A stretch of 64,000 bases of DNA, taken from the NCBI RefSeq assembly GCF_003334785.1, contig NZ_QOWV01000006.1, one strand, 5' to 3'. The translations under genes were made by a program, and so were the position numbers. The notes beneath the pieces were generated by a model, which did not search any database, was not told the DNA's origin, and saw nothing but the letters and a program-made list of their open reading frames with translations. Below are positions 34,353 to 46,128 of this stretch, one piece after another. Each line of letters opens with the position of its first letter. Position 1 is the first letter of the stretch. Source of the stretch: Escherichia coli. Lineage in GTDB: Bacteria; Pseudomonadota; Gammaproteobacteria; Enterobacterales; Enterobacteriaceae.

Positions 34353-35165
34353 ATGATCATTACACAAGCAGACCTGCGAGAATGGCGTATCGGAGCGGTG
34401 ATGTATCGCTGGTTCCTGCGCCATTTCCCACGCGGCGGTAGTTATGCCGATATTCATCATGCACTGATTGAGGAAGGATATACGGACTGGGCGGAGAGTC
34501 TGGTTGAGTATGCGTGGAAAAAATGGCTGGCGGATGAAAACTTCGCGCATCAGGAAGTTTCCTCTATGCAAAAACTGGCCACAGACCCCGGAGAGAGACC
34601 ATTTTGCAGTCAGTTTGCCCGCAGCGACGATCATGCTCGCATCGGCTGTTGTGAGGATAACGCCAGAATCGCAACCGCTGGGTATGCCGCGCAAATTGCC
34701 AGTATGGGTTATAGCGTGCGGATTGGAAGTGTCGGCTTTAACAGTCACATTGGCAGCTCCGGTGAACGCGCACGGGTTGCTGTAACCGGTAATTCTTCGC
34801 GGATAAGCAGCGCTGGAGATAGCAGTCGGATTGCGAATACCGGAATGCGAGTACGCGTTTGTACATTGGGTGAACGGTGTCATGTCGCCAGTAATGGTGA
34901 CCTGGTGCAAATCGCCAGCTTTGGCGCAAACGCCAGAATTGCCAACAGCGGCGACAATGTACACATCATTGCCAGCGGTGAAAATTCAACGGTAGTGAGC
35001 ACGGGCGTGGTCGACTCAATTATTCTCGGGCCAGGAGGAAGCGCCGCACTGGCATATCATGACGGCGAAAGAGTTCGCTTCGCCGTCGCCATTGAAGGTG
35101 AAAACAATATTCGAGCCGGAGTCCGCTATCGTCTTAATGAACAGCATCAGTTTGTTGAGTGCTGA
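34353..35165 (+). CDS. ydhT: Protein of unknown function with tandem nonapeptide repeats
   Basis: ORF track 270 aa; residues 93-218 are 14 consecutive 9-residue repeats (x-x-x-[RQH]-[IV]-x-x-x-G). Confidence 0.88.
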   Translation: MIITQADLREWRIGAVMYRWFLRHFPRGGSYADIHHALIEEGYTDWAESLVEYAWKKWLADENFAHQEVSSMQKLATDPGERPFCSQFARSDDHARIGCCEDNARIATAGYAAQIASMGYSVRIGSVGFNSHIGSSGERARVAVTGNSSRISSAGDSSRIANTGMRVRVCTLGERCHVASNGDLVQIASFGANARIANSGDNVHIIASGENSTVVSTGVVDSIILGPGGSAALAYHDGERVRFAVAIEGENNIRAGVRYRLNEQHQFVEC

Positions 35166-35176
35166 TAGCTTTACCT

Positions 35177-36781
35177 TTAATCAAACGAAAGACGCCGACG
35201 AGCACGGGATGCAGGCTTTACGACCGCCCGAGCCATCGCCTCACCAATTTCTGCACATGCCGTAAGTCCCTGAACGAAAGGCTGGTCGTGCATCAACCAG
35301 GGCAACGCGCCGAACGCTACGCGCCCACGAATATCTTCGGGTTGCTGTAACGTATAATCTTCGCCAACATCAGGGATTTCATCCCCTGTTTTCTGTAATT
35401 GCTCGCGTAGCCCAGGGAAAGGGATATCTTTCACTTTAAGCGGACGTTGTCCGCGGGCATCAATAAAAACGTCAAACGAGTAGCTGTTGTCTTCCGTTTT
35501 CAGGACGGTGCGCGACTCATTAATTTCCATTTTGTAGTCTTCACCGAGGGCGAGAATATGAATGATTCCCGCTTCACGTAAGGCAAGTAGGCGACGAATA
35601 GACTCTGAAGGGATTGCCGCATAATTATCGATGAAAACCCGGGCAAGGCCTTTACTGAACCGTTTATGGTCGTGTTCATTCAGATGTGGAACAATTTCCT
35701 GTACGGCTTCATGCAGGCGCAGAATGACATAACGCCAGGGAACAGTATGTTTTTCTCGTTTATTGCGTTCGACTTCCTGGAGATTTTTTTCTGCCCAGTC
35801 AAATGGGTCGCGTTGTTTGCGCTCGGCAAACCAGGCTTGAGCAAAGGAATCGACATTCAGGCTCTCTAAGGCTATGCGTTGACTCCAGTCTGGATCAGCA
35901 AACTTGATTTCCTCTACTATCAATCTAAATACCCGATCCAAAAGGCCCTCTTCGCCTTTTTGAATCTCAGCATTTAATGCCTGATCGGTGACGATGTGTA
36001 AGGGCTCGTAGGGAATAGGGCAATAGAAATCGGCTTCGGGTAAAATACCCGTGCGCGACAACAACGTGATATTTAGCTTTTCACTTGCGTTATCGCGGTG
36101 AAAAACGACGTGTTGTTTATCATCTTCAATGAACGAACCATGCTGAATAGCCACTGCCATTGCCGCATCCAGTCCGCTCAAGGATGTTCCCATAATACCC
36201 ACGTTACACGCATCGACCTTTGCTTCCATCAGGCCTGACCACGGGCTGGGAAAATACGTTCGGGTTGCTTCTTCTTCATCAGGCCAGACGTGACCCGTGG
36301 CGATCACCGCTAAATCAAACGTCTCGCTGGGTAAATCCTGATTTGTAGCGAGCATGACGCCAGCATTTGTAATTTGCAGATCGGTAACCTGGCATGATTC
36401 ATAAACAGCCACTGCAAATTTTTGCTGTCGTGCCTGGTCTACTAGTCGTAAAAATTGATCGCGGAAATATTCGCCCAGCAGAATTCGCGGTAAAAACTGA
36501 CGATCGTGCAAGGTTTCTTTTTTAACGCCATAACGCTGGAGATGGCTGTCTTCTTGCTTTTGTAGCCATTCGAGATACGTACAATAAATCGGCGGTATTT
36601 CAATACTGGCAATATTTGCCAGCATCATTTTTGAGTTTTCCTCATCACTGTATGGCATCCCGACACCGGCCTCGTCAGCCTGCTCGAAGATAGAAATAGA
36701 AAGTGGAGTTTGTTGCTGTAGAAGCGAGAATAAGGTGTAGATCCCCGTAGGCCCGGCACCCACAATAGCAATTTTTTTCAT
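35177..36781 (-). CDS. ydhS: FAD/NAD(P)-binding protein of unknown function
   Basis: ORF track 534 aa; N-terminal GxGxxG motif IVGAGPTG. Confidence 0.88.
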   Translation of the reverse strand: MKKIAIVGAGPTGIYTLFSLLQQQTPLSISIFEQADEAGVGMPYSDEENSKMMLANIASIEIPPIYCTYLEWLQKQEDSHLQRYGVKKETLHDRQFLPRILLGEYFRDQFLRLVDQARQQKFAVAVYESCQVTDLQITNAGVMLATNQDLPSETFDLAVIATGHVWPDEEEATRTYFPSPWSGLMEAKVDACNVGIMGTSLSGLDAAMAVAIQHGSFIEDDKQHVVFHRDNASEKLNITLLSRTGILPEADFYCPIPYEPLHIVTDQALNAEIQKGEEGLLDRVFRLIVEEIKFADPDWSQRIALESLNVDSFAQAWFAERKQRDPFDWAEKNLQEVERNKREKHTVPWRYVILRLHEAVQEIVPHLNEHDHKRFSKGLARVFIDNYAAIPSESIRRLLALREAGIIHILALGEDYKMEINESRTVLKTEDNSYSFDVFIDARGQRPLKVKDIPFPGLREQLQKTGDEIPDVGEDYTLQQPEDIRGRVAFGALPWLMHDQPFVQGLTACAEIGEAMARAVVKPASRARRRLSFD

Positions 36782-36906
36782 TGTTACTTACCTGTACGCA
36801 TTCTTTCGAATTTAGTGTTATCAGATAAGTTTGGTTGAGATTTTTAGAATTTGAGAAATTTCAGACAGGGATGAAAAGGGCGCTAACCGCCCTTGATTAA
36901 ATTCTG

Positions 36907-37212
36907 TCAGGCGAGTTTTGCCTGATTGATTTGACTAAGTGGCTCATTGACATCGAAAACTTTGGCGACAACTTCCTCAACGCCGAGATTTTTCAGTCGG
37001 GCAGTATGTTTTTCCAGATAGGCAAGGGCGCTTTTTTCATCAGTGAAAAGGTAGATCCCACCGGCTTCGTGGTTCTTTTCACTTTCTGTCCATACCTTCC
37101 ACAGAAAACCAGGTTCCTGATTAATCGACTCAGCAAGTGGTTTAAGCTGCTCAGCCATTGCGTCGCCAAATGGGCCATTAAAAGCAAAATGAAGTTGTAA
37201 CAAAGTTGCCAT
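36907..37212 (-). CDS. ydhR: Small protein, putative monooxygenase-like
   Basis: ORF track 101 aa. Confidence 0.85.
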
Positions 37213-37319
37213 AGCGATTCTCCTTCTGATAACGCATACGAAGACAGTGTAAATCTTTTAACGTATTGGATACAGAGAAGAAACAGAGGGAAAAAGGAGA
37301 AGACCAGATTAAGAAAATC

Positions 37320-37396
37320 TGGTGCGTCCGAGTGGACTCGAACCACCGACCCCCACCATGTCAAGGTGGTGCTCTAACCAACTGAGCTACGGACGC
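37320..37396 (-). tRNA. valW: tRNA-Val (anticodon GAC)
   Basis: Reverse complement GCGTCCGTAGCTCAGTTGGTTAGAGCACCACCTTGACATGGTGGGGGTCGGTGGTTCGAGTCCACTCGGACGCACCA; anticodon loop CTTGACA; encoded CCA. Confidence 0.95.
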
Positions 37397-37400
37397 AGGA

Positions 37401-37477
37401 TGGTGCGTTCAATTGGACTCGAACCAACGACCCCCACCATGTCAAGGTGGTGCTCTAACCAACTGAGCTATGAACGC
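37401..37477 (-). tRNA. valV: tRNA-Val (anticodon GAC)
   Basis: Reverse complement GCGTTCATAGCTCAGTTGGTTAGAGCACCACCTTGACATGGTGGGGGTCGTTGGTTCGAGTCCAATTGAACGCACCA; a near-duplicate of valW with compensatory acceptor/T-stem changes. Confidence 0.95.
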
Positions 37478-37503
37478 AACGTTGTAGGTGACAACGGGGA
37501 CGA

Positions 37504-37532
37504 ATATTAGCGGCAGAGTGGGAAGGTGGCAA
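37504..37532 (-). promoter_or_regulatory. Candidate sigma70 promoter for valV-valW
   Basis: Minus strand -35 TTGCCA, 17-nt spacer, -10 TAATAT, then a GC-rich discriminator (CGTCCCC) typical of stable-RNA promoters, about 20 nt upstream of the tRNA 5' end. Confidence 0.55.
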
Positions 37533-37784
37533 GAGGCAAAACGTAATTTTCTGCGCTATTTCGACCGTTTGCAGAGCTTTTAAGCAAATTGGCTATATTT
37601 TGTTGATTTGCAAGGGTGATTTTTATTCAGGATCGCATTTACATCTGATACAACCCAATAATTCGTGTATCAGAGTTTAAACAGAGTTGTTTGCCACCAT
37701 CTCAAATCTGTCGTGGATAAATCCTCCGTAGCCTTTACACTTAGGTAGCAATAAAGGCACACAGATGCAGCAAAGGAATAAATC

Positions 37785-39041
37785 ATGGGATCTGATGCGA
37801 AAAACTTGATGAGCGACGGGAACGTGCAAATTGTTAAGACCGGCGAGGTCATTGGCGCGACGCAACTTACTGAAGGCGAGTTGATTGTTGAAGCTGGCGG
37901 AAGAGCCGAAAATACCGTGGTCACGGGGGCTGGCTGGTTGAAAGTGGCAACCGGTGGGATCGCCAAATGCACACAGTACGGTAACAATGGCACGCTATCG
38001 GTCAGCGATGGTGCCATTGCCACAGATATTGTTCAGTCCGAGGGAGGCGCAATTAGTCTCTCTACGCTCGCTACGGTTAATGGCCGCCATCCCGAAGGTG
38101 AATTCAGCGTTGATAAAGGTTATGCCTGCGGTTTGTTGCTGGAAAATGGCGGTAACCTGCGTGTACTGGAAGGACATCGCGCGGAAAAAATCATTCTCGA
38201 TCAAGAGGGCGGCCTGTTGGTTAATGGGACAACCTCAGCGGTCGTGGTAGATGAAGGTGGTGAATTGTTGGTGTATCCAGGTGGGGAAGCCAGCAATTGT
38301 GAGATTAATCAGGGCGGCGTTTTTATGCTGGCCGGGAAAGCCAGTGATACGTTGCTTGCTGGTGGCACCATGAATAATCTCGGTGGTGAAGACTCTGACA
38401 CTATTGTTGAGAATGGATCCATTTATCGTCTGGGGACGGATGGCCTTCAGCTCTACAGTTCCGGTAAGACGCAAAACCTGTCCGTGAATGTGGGTGGTCG
38501 GGCTGAAGTGCATGCCGGTACGCTGGAAAACGCGGTAATACAAGGTGGGACAGTGATCCTGTTGTCACCCACCAGCGCGGACGAAAATTTTGTCGTAGAG
38601 GAAGATCGCGCACCGGTTGAACTGACCGGGAGTGTTGCATTACTGGACGGCGCTTCAATGATTATTGGTTATGGCGCAGAGCTGCAACAATCAACGATTA
38701 CTGTACAGCAGGGCGGTGTGTTGATTCTAGACGGCAGTACGGTAAAAGGTGACGGTGTCACTTTCATTGTTGGTAACATCAATCTGAATGGTGGAAAACT
38801 GTGGCTGATCACTGATGCGGCAACGCATGTGCAACTGAAAGTGAAACGCCTGCGCGGAGAGGGAGCGATTTGCCTGCAAACCAGTGCAAAAGAAATTTCA
38901 CCTGACTTCATCAATGTGAAAGGGGAAGTTACCGGGGATATACACGTTGAGATAACAGATGCCAGTCGGCAAACTCTGTGTAACGCTCTGAAATTACAGC
39001 CAGACGAAGACGGGATTGGCGCAACGCTCCAGCCTGCGTAA
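37785..39041 (+). CDS. ydhQ: Autotransporter-passenger-like beta-helix repeat protein, no obvious signal peptide or beta-barrel
   Basis: ORF track 418 aa; recurring Gly-Gly-containing pseudo-repeats about every 20 residues. Confidence 0.85.
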   Translation: MGSDAKNLMSDGNVQIVKTGEVIGATQLTEGELIVEAGGRAENTVVTGAGWLKVATGGIAKCTQYGNNGTLSVSDGAIATDIVQSEGGAISLSTLATVNGRHPEGEFSVDKGYACGLLLENGGNLRVLEGHRAEKIILDQEGGLLVNGTTSAVVVDEGGELLVYPGGEASNCEINQGGVFMLAGKASDTLLAGGTMNNLGGEDSDTIVENGSIYRLGTDGLQLYSSGKTQNLSVNVGGRAEVHAGTLENAVIQGGTVILLSPTSADENFVVEEDRAPVELTGSVALLDGASMIIGYGAELQQSTITVQQGGVLILDGSTVKGDGVTFIVGNINLNGGKLWLITDAATHVQLKVKRLRGEGAICLQTSAKEISPDFINVKGEVTGDIHVEITDASRQTLCNALKLQPDEDGIGATLQPA

Positions 39042-39047
39042 AAATAC

Positions 39048-39073
39048 AGGCGCAACCCGTGAAGGTTGCGCCT
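39048..39073. terminator. Bidirectional terminator hairpin between convergent ydhQ and mdtK
   Basis: Inverted repeat AGGCGCAACC / GGTTGCGCCT with a 6-nt loop, inside the 40-bp gap between the two stops. Confidence 0.7.
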
Positions 39074-39081
39074 TGTCTTTA

Positions 39082-40476
<1,395 letters not shown>

Positions 40477-40669
40477 TTATATGAGAGACTAAAAAGCCGC
40501 CTGAATGGGCAGCAAAAAGAAGAAGCAGGGGAAATTCAGTCTATTGTAGCGAGGATTTATTAATTCTCCAGTGAAAAAATAGCCATTCTTACCCCTTCAC
40601 TGGTAAGGGCGTTTTCCACCTGCTATTGTGCTGAACAGAATGTCTTAACTGATTTCAGGAGTTGTAAGT

Positions 40670-41311
40670 ATGTTTACGGGGATTGTACAGGGCACCGCAA
40701 AACTGGTGTCGATTGACGAGAAACCAAATTTTCGTACGCATGTGGTGGAGTTACCCGACCACATGCTGGACGGCCTGGAAACCGGTGCTTCCGTGGCGCA
40801 TAACGGTTGCTGCCTGACCGTGACGGAAATTAACGGCAACCATGTCAGTTTTGACCTGATGAAAGAAACGTTACGCATTACCAATCTTGGCGATTTAAAA
40901 GTGGGGGATTGGGTAAACGTTGAGCGTGCGGCGAAATTCAGTGATGAAATTGGCGGACACTTAATGTCAGGTCATATTATGACCACTGCTGAAGTGGCGA
41001 AAATATTAACCTCAGAAAATAATCGCCAGATCTGGTTTAAAGTCCAGGATAGTCAGTTGATGAAATATATTCTGTACAAAGGATTTATTGGCATCGACGG
41101 TATTAGCCTGACCGTCGGCGAAGTCACGCCAACGCGTTTTTGCGTCCATTTAATTCCGGAAACACTGGAACGCACGACTCTTGGGAAGAAAAAACTTGGC
41201 GCACGCGTCAACATTGAAATCGATCCACAAACTCAGGCAGTGGTAGATACGGTAGAACGTGTGCTGGCGGCACGAGAAAATGCCATGAATCAACCAGGCA
41301 CAGAAGCCTGA
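40670..41311 (+). CDS. ribC: Riboflavin synthase
   Basis: ORF track 213 aa [15 protein letters not shown]...; internally duplicated lumazine-binding halves. Confidence 0.92.
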   Translation: MFTGIVQGTAKLVSIDEKPNFRTHVVELPDHMLDGLETGASVAHNGCCLTVTEINGNHVSFDLMKETLRITNLGDLKVGDWVNVERAAKFSDEIGGHLMSGHIMTTAEVAKILTSENNRQIWFKVQDSQLMKYILYKGFIGIDGISLTVGEVTPTRFCVHLIPETLERTTLGKKKLGARVNIEIDPQTQAVVDTVERVLAARENAMNQPGTEA

Positions 41312-41317
41312 TCTGAA

Positions 41318-41340
41318 ATCGCCCCCGGAGAGGGGGCGAT
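41318..41340. terminator. Bidirectional terminator hairpin between convergent ribC and cfa
   Basis: Inverted repeat ATCGCCCCC / GGGGGCGAT with a 5-nt loop. Confidence 0.75.
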
Positions 41341-41350
41341 AGAATAGCCT

Positions 41351-42499
41351 TTAGCGAGCCACTCGAAGGCCGTTTTCAACACCGCGTGAGAACACGACCT
41401 GCCAGAGCTGAATATCACGGGCGCGGAAAGCACCTGCACAGGCATTCAGATAATAGGTAAACATTCGTTTAAAGCGTTCACTATAGTTATCCGCAATTTC
41501 TGGCCATGCGGCGAGGAATCGTTCATACCACGCCATCAACGTAGTATCGTAATCAGCACCGAAGTTATGCCAGTCTTCCATCACAAAGTGGGGTTCGCTG
41601 GACTGAGCAATCTGGCGTACAGAGGGCAGGCAACCGTTCGGAAAAATATATTTATTAATCCAGGGATCAACATTCAGATCGGTTTTTTTCGAACCGATAG
41701 TATGGAGCAGGAATATGCCTTCCGGTTTCAAATTACGATCCACCACCGCAAAATAGGTATCGTAATTTTTCGGTCCGACGTGCTCGAACATCCCCACAGA
41801 AACAATACGATCAAACTGGTCGTTCAGGTCACGATAATCTTGCAGCAAAATGGTGACATCCAGGCCTTCACAGCGTTCCTGAGCCATTTTTTGCTGTTCG
41901 GCAGAAATGGTGACGCCCACCACGCTTACGTCATAATTAGATGCCATGTAGTGTGCCAGTCCGCCCCAGCCGCAGCCAATATCCAGTACGCGCATCCCTG
42001 GTTTTAACTGCAATTTTTCACAAATCATTTTGAGCTTCGCCTGCTGGGCAGATTCCAGATTATCGGCATCTTTCCAGTAAGCGCAGGAATATTGCATGAA
42101 GGGATCAAGCATGCGGCTGAACAAGTCATTACCCAAATCGTAATGCTCTTTGCCGACTATCCAGGCACGTTTTTTACTCTGCAGATTGAAGAGACGAGCG
42201 CCGGCAATACGCAGCGTGTCTTTGAAATGATGGGGGAGTTGGTTCTCGAGACCTGCGCGTAAGACTTTGCTAAAAAACATATCCAGTCGGTCACATTCCC
42301 ACCAGCCATCCATATAACTTTCGCCTAACCCCAAAGAGCCTTCTTGCAGAACGCGTTTAAAAAAATCGGGGTTTTTCACACGAATATCCGCCGGGGCAGA
42401 ACCGTTAATGGCTATACCGGCACGGCTAAGTAATTCGTTGGCGATACGGTACCAGTTGTCATCCGGTACACTGACTTCTTCTATACACGATGAACTCAT
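41351..42499 (-). CDS. cfa: Cyclopropane-fatty-acyl-phospholipid synthase
   Basis: ORF track 382 aa; SAM-methyltransferase motif VLDIGCGWGG. Confidence 0.93.
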   Translation of the reverse strand: MSSSCIEEVSVPDDNWYRIANELLSRAGIAINGSAPADIRVKNPDFFKRVLQEGSLGLGESYMDGWWECDRLDMFFSKVLRAGLENQLPHHFKDTLRIAGARLFNLQSKKRAWIVGKEHYDLGNDLFSRMLDPFMQYSCAYWKDADNLESAQQAKLKMICEKLQLKPGMRVLDIGCGWGGLAHYMASNYDVSVVGVTISAEQQKMAQERCEGLDVTILLQDYRDLNDQFDRIVSVGMFEHVGPKNYDTYFAVVDRNLKPEGIFLLHTIGSKKTDLNVDPWINKYIFPNGCLPSVRQIAQSSEPHFVMEDWHNFGADYDTTLMAWYERFLAAWPEIADNYSERFKRMFTYYLNACAGAFRARDIQLWQVVFSRGVENGLRVAR

Positions 42500-42789
42500 A
42501 GTTTCTCCATCACTGGTCGGTGATCAGAACCTTAAAACAGCGTAGACGCTTTTTGGGCTTTGTGAGAAATCTCGCAGAAAAAACCGCGAGTCTATAATCC
42601 GACGTAGAACAGAGGGAAAGGAGGAACCCTTGCCGAAATGACTATCCATAGTGAGTCGGGAACGATCCTGTCCCCGTAAAAACATAATATTTATCGTAGC
42701 TTTAACAACTCGAAATTAGTATAGGCCGCTAATTTCAATCATACAACAAAATTTTGTTAGCAGCCTAAGTATAAGTATATCGATATAGA

Positions 42790-44001
42790 TCAGTGTGATT
42801 CGCTATGAGCGACTTCGGCATTGCCATGATTCTGGCAGCCAACTTCTTCACAACGTTGCATCATGTAACCCAGCGCGACCAGCACTACTGTTGATAACAT
42901 CACGCTGGTGGTGGTGAGCAATGGCGTGCTGATACTGATCAGCCAGGAAACTACCAGACTTGCGAGGAAGCACAGACCCAGTTGAAGAGTGTTCTGCAAC
43001 GCTGCGGCGCGACCAGTTGCGTGTGGGAAGGGACGCAGCGCCTGGGCGACAACAATAGGGTAGATCGCGCCATTGGCAATCGCCATCACACAGAATGGGA
43101 TCAGGATTTCGACCAGCGACACATGGCTAATGAAGCCCGCAGCCCAGGTCGCAATGACGCTGACAGCAAACAGCACCAGCAACCACGGTAATAACTGCTT
43201 GCCTTGCCATTTCTGCAGCGCGGCGCGACAGCCATAACCACCAATCAGAAACGCGATAGTTTGCGGGACATAACTTAAACCAATAACTGCCGGGCTGTAG
43301 CCCATTTCACTAAGGATGAACGGTGAACCGGTCAGCCATGCAAAAAAACTGGCTGAACAGGCTGCGTATATCAGCACGTTGCCGCGATAGGTTTTAGAAC
43401 GTAGCAGGTCGGTAAAGGTCAGACCATCCTGACTATTGTTACGGGCCTTCGTCGTGGGTTTGAGCCAGAAAATAGGCAGAATCAGCACCACGGTAATGGC
43501 AAACAGGGTGGCGAAAATCGCCTGCCAGGAAAAATGGACCAGCAGCCAGCTTCCTAACAGAGGAGCCAGTGCCGGAGATAGACCCACCAGCGGCATGATG
43601 GTCGCAAAAATACGGTTAACTTTCTGTGAAGGATAATAATCTGTCACTAATGCTTGCCAGATAACCGCCGCGGCGCAGACACCCACAGCCTGTACAAAAC
43701 GCAATACCAGCAGCGTAGCGGCGTTTTCTACCCACAGCATCCCCAGACTACCTAACGCAAAAATTGTCAGGCCGATTAATAATACCGGTTTACGACCATA
43801 ACGGTCGGAGAGCGGCCCCCACAGAAGCTGGGCTGCGGCAAAACCGGCAAGGAACAGACTAAGGCTGGCACTGACAGCAGACGCAGGCGTTTGCAGGTCG
43901 GCCTGTATGGCGGCGAAAGCAGGCAGATACATATCGGTTGCCAGAAAACCGAGTACGCTCAAACCCGCCAGCCAGACTAAAAATCTTTTCCCAGGTTGCA
44001 T
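42790..44001 (-). CDS. punC: MFS transporter (purine nucleoside transporter PunC / YdhC)
   Basis: ORF track 403 aa; divergent from the LysR regulator gene. Confidence 0.88.
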   Translation of the reverse strand: MQPGKRFLVWLAGLSVLGFLATDMYLPAFAAIQADLQTPASAVSASLSLFLAGFAAAQLLWGPLSDRYGRKPVLLIGLTIFALGSLGMLWVENAATLLVLRFVQAVGVCAAAVIWQALVTDYYPSQKVNRIFATIMPLVGLSPALAPLLGSWLLVHFSWQAIFATLFAITVVLILPIFWLKPTTKARNNSQDGLTFTDLLRSKTYRGNVLIYAACSASFFAWLTGSPFILSEMGYSPAVIGLSYVPQTIAFLIGGYGCRAALQKWQGKQLLPWLLVLFAVSVIATWAAGFISHVSLVEILIPFCVMAIANGAIYPIVVAQALRPFPHATGRAAALQNTLQLGLCFLASLVVSWLISISTPLLTTTSVMLSTVVLVALGYMMQRCEEVGCQNHGNAEVAHSESH

Positions 44002-44113
44002 GTATATTCTCTAAATCTCTCAATTAAACACCGCCGCAAAGTGTAGGGAGTGAAATTAGTGTTGTGAAACGGTAATATTTGATGACTGGTTTCAAAAATT
44101 TTGCAGGCAGACT

Positions 44114-45046
44114 ATGTGGTCAGAATATTCACTCGAAGTTGTTGATGCGGTAGCGCGTAATGGTAGTTTTAGCGCTGCGGCACAGGAGCTGCATCGCGTT
44201 CCTTCTGCGGTCAGCTATACCGTGCGTCAGCTGGAAGAGTGGCTGGCGGTGCCGCTCTTTGAACGACGGCACCGTGATGTGGAGCTGACCGCTGCTGGAG
44301 CGTGGTTTCTCAAAGAAGGGCGCTCTGTTGTCAAAAAAATGCAGATCACCCGCCAGCAATGTCAGCAGATAGCGAACGGCTGGCGCGGTCAGTTAGCTAT
44401 CGCAGTGGATAATATTGTCAGGCCAGAACGTACACGGCAGATGATCGTTGATTTTTATCGCCATTTTGATGATGTCGAACTTCTTGTCTTTCAGGAAGTG
44501 TTCAACGGTGTCTGGGATGCGCTTTCCGACGGGCGCGTGGAACTGGCGATTGGCGCAACACGCGCGATTCCGGTAGGCGGTCGTTATGCCTTCCGGGATA
44601 TGGGGATGCTAAGCTGGAGTTGCGTTGTTGCCAGTCACCACCCGCTGGCGTTGATGGATGGCCCGTTCAGCGATGATACGTTGCGCAACTGGCCGTCGTT
44701 GGTGCGCGAAGACACCTCGCGAACGCTACCTAAACGTATTACCTGGTTGCTGGATAACCAAAAAAGAGTTGTCGTGCCTGACTGGGAATCATCGGCAACC
44801 TGTATCTCGGCAGGATTATGCATAGGGATGGTGCCAACACATTTCGCCAAACCGTGGCTTAATGAGGGGAAGTGGGTAGCATTAGAACTGGAAAACCCCT
44901 TTCCGGATTCGGCATGTTGTCTGACATGGCAGCAAAATGATATGTCGCCTGCGTTAACCTGGTTGCTTGAGTATCTCGGCGATAGTGAGACGCTGAATAA
45001 GGAGTGGCTGCGGGAGCCGGAAGAGACTCCCGCAACGGGTGATTAA
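44114..45046 (+). CDS. punR: LysR-family transcriptional regulator (PunR / YdhB)
   Basis: ORF track 310 aa; N-terminal LysR HTH. Confidence 0.88.
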
Positions 45047-46068
45047 CGACGATAGTCGCGGAACGGGCCGTCAGCCACGGAGCGGCGTTCAATCAAGCGC
45101 GGATGCACTTCAATAGACTGCGGTTCTTCACGTTTGTTGACGATACGATCCAACAGCATGTTGAACGCTGTTTCACCCAGCGAATCTTTTGGCTGATGGA
45201 TCGTGGTCAGCGCCGGCGTAAAATAGCGCGCGTTGCGCACGTTATCATAACCGATCAGCGAAACATCCTGCGGGACGCGCAGGCCCATTTCATCAGCAGC
45301 ACAAAGTGCGCCCATTGCCATGATATCGCCACCACAGAAGACGGCAGTAGGGCGATGCGGCTGCGACAGGATTTGCTGCATGGCGCGATAACCGGATTCA
45401 GGTTCAAAGTCACCCTGCACAATCCAGCTTTCCGGCACCTTGATCATCGCTTCTTCCATCGCCTTCATAAAACCGGCAAGGCGGCCTGCGCCGGTGTTAC
45501 GTTCCAGCGGGCCGGGGATGACGCCGATTTCGCGGTGACCGCGTTCAATCAGATAACGCCCGGCCATGTAGCCGCCTTCGAACGCGTTATCAATGACCGC
45601 ATCGGTGAAGTCAGCTTTTGCTTCACCCCAGTCCATGACCACCATTGGGATATGGCGATACTCTTCCAGCATCGCCAGCAACGGCTCTGGGTACTCAGAA
45701 CACATCACCAGCAGACCATCGACGCGTTTTTGCGCCATCATCGACAGATAAGCCCGCTGTTTCTCAAGATTGTTCCACGCATTGCCCAGAATCAGGGTGT
45801 AACCTTTCTGGAAGCAATTTTTTTCAACTGCTTCAATGATCTCGGCAAAATAGGCCGCTTCGCTGCTGGTCGCCAGCAAACCGATAGACTTGGTGTGGTT
45901 AACCTTCAGGCTACGCGCCACCGCGCTAGGGGAGTAGTGTAATTCTTTAATCGCTGCCCACACGGCGTTGCGCGTTTCTTCAGCGACGAAACGTGTTTTG
46001 TTGATCACGTGTGACACAGTTGTAGTGGAAACGTTTGCTCGTTTCGCTACATCTTTTATTGTTGCCAT
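45043..46068 (-). CDS. purR: Purine repressor (LacI family)
   Basis: ORF track 341 aa [33 protein letters not shown]... Confidence 0.95.
46027..46042. promoter_or_regulatory. PurR operator inside the purR coding region (autoregulation)
   Basis: Minus strand ACGAGCAAACGTTTCC matches the PurR box core AAACGTTT. Confidence 0.65.
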
Positions 46069-46112
46069 TCCATTTCACTCCAGACCCTAACTTCAGCTCC
46101 TGCAAAATCGCA

Positions 46113-46128
46113 AGGTAAACGTTTGCCT
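46113..46128. promoter_or_regulatory. PurR operator in the purR 5' leader (autoregulation)
   Basis: Minus strand AGGCAAACGTTTACCT, 45-60 nt upstream of the purR ATG. Confidence 0.7.

Noticed and set aside
37322-37510. 62-aa + strand ORF
   Set aside because: Directly antisense to the two tRNA-Val genes.
45103-45942. 279-aa + strand ORF opposite purR
   Set aside because: Antisense to purR; His/Arg-rich low-complexity translation.
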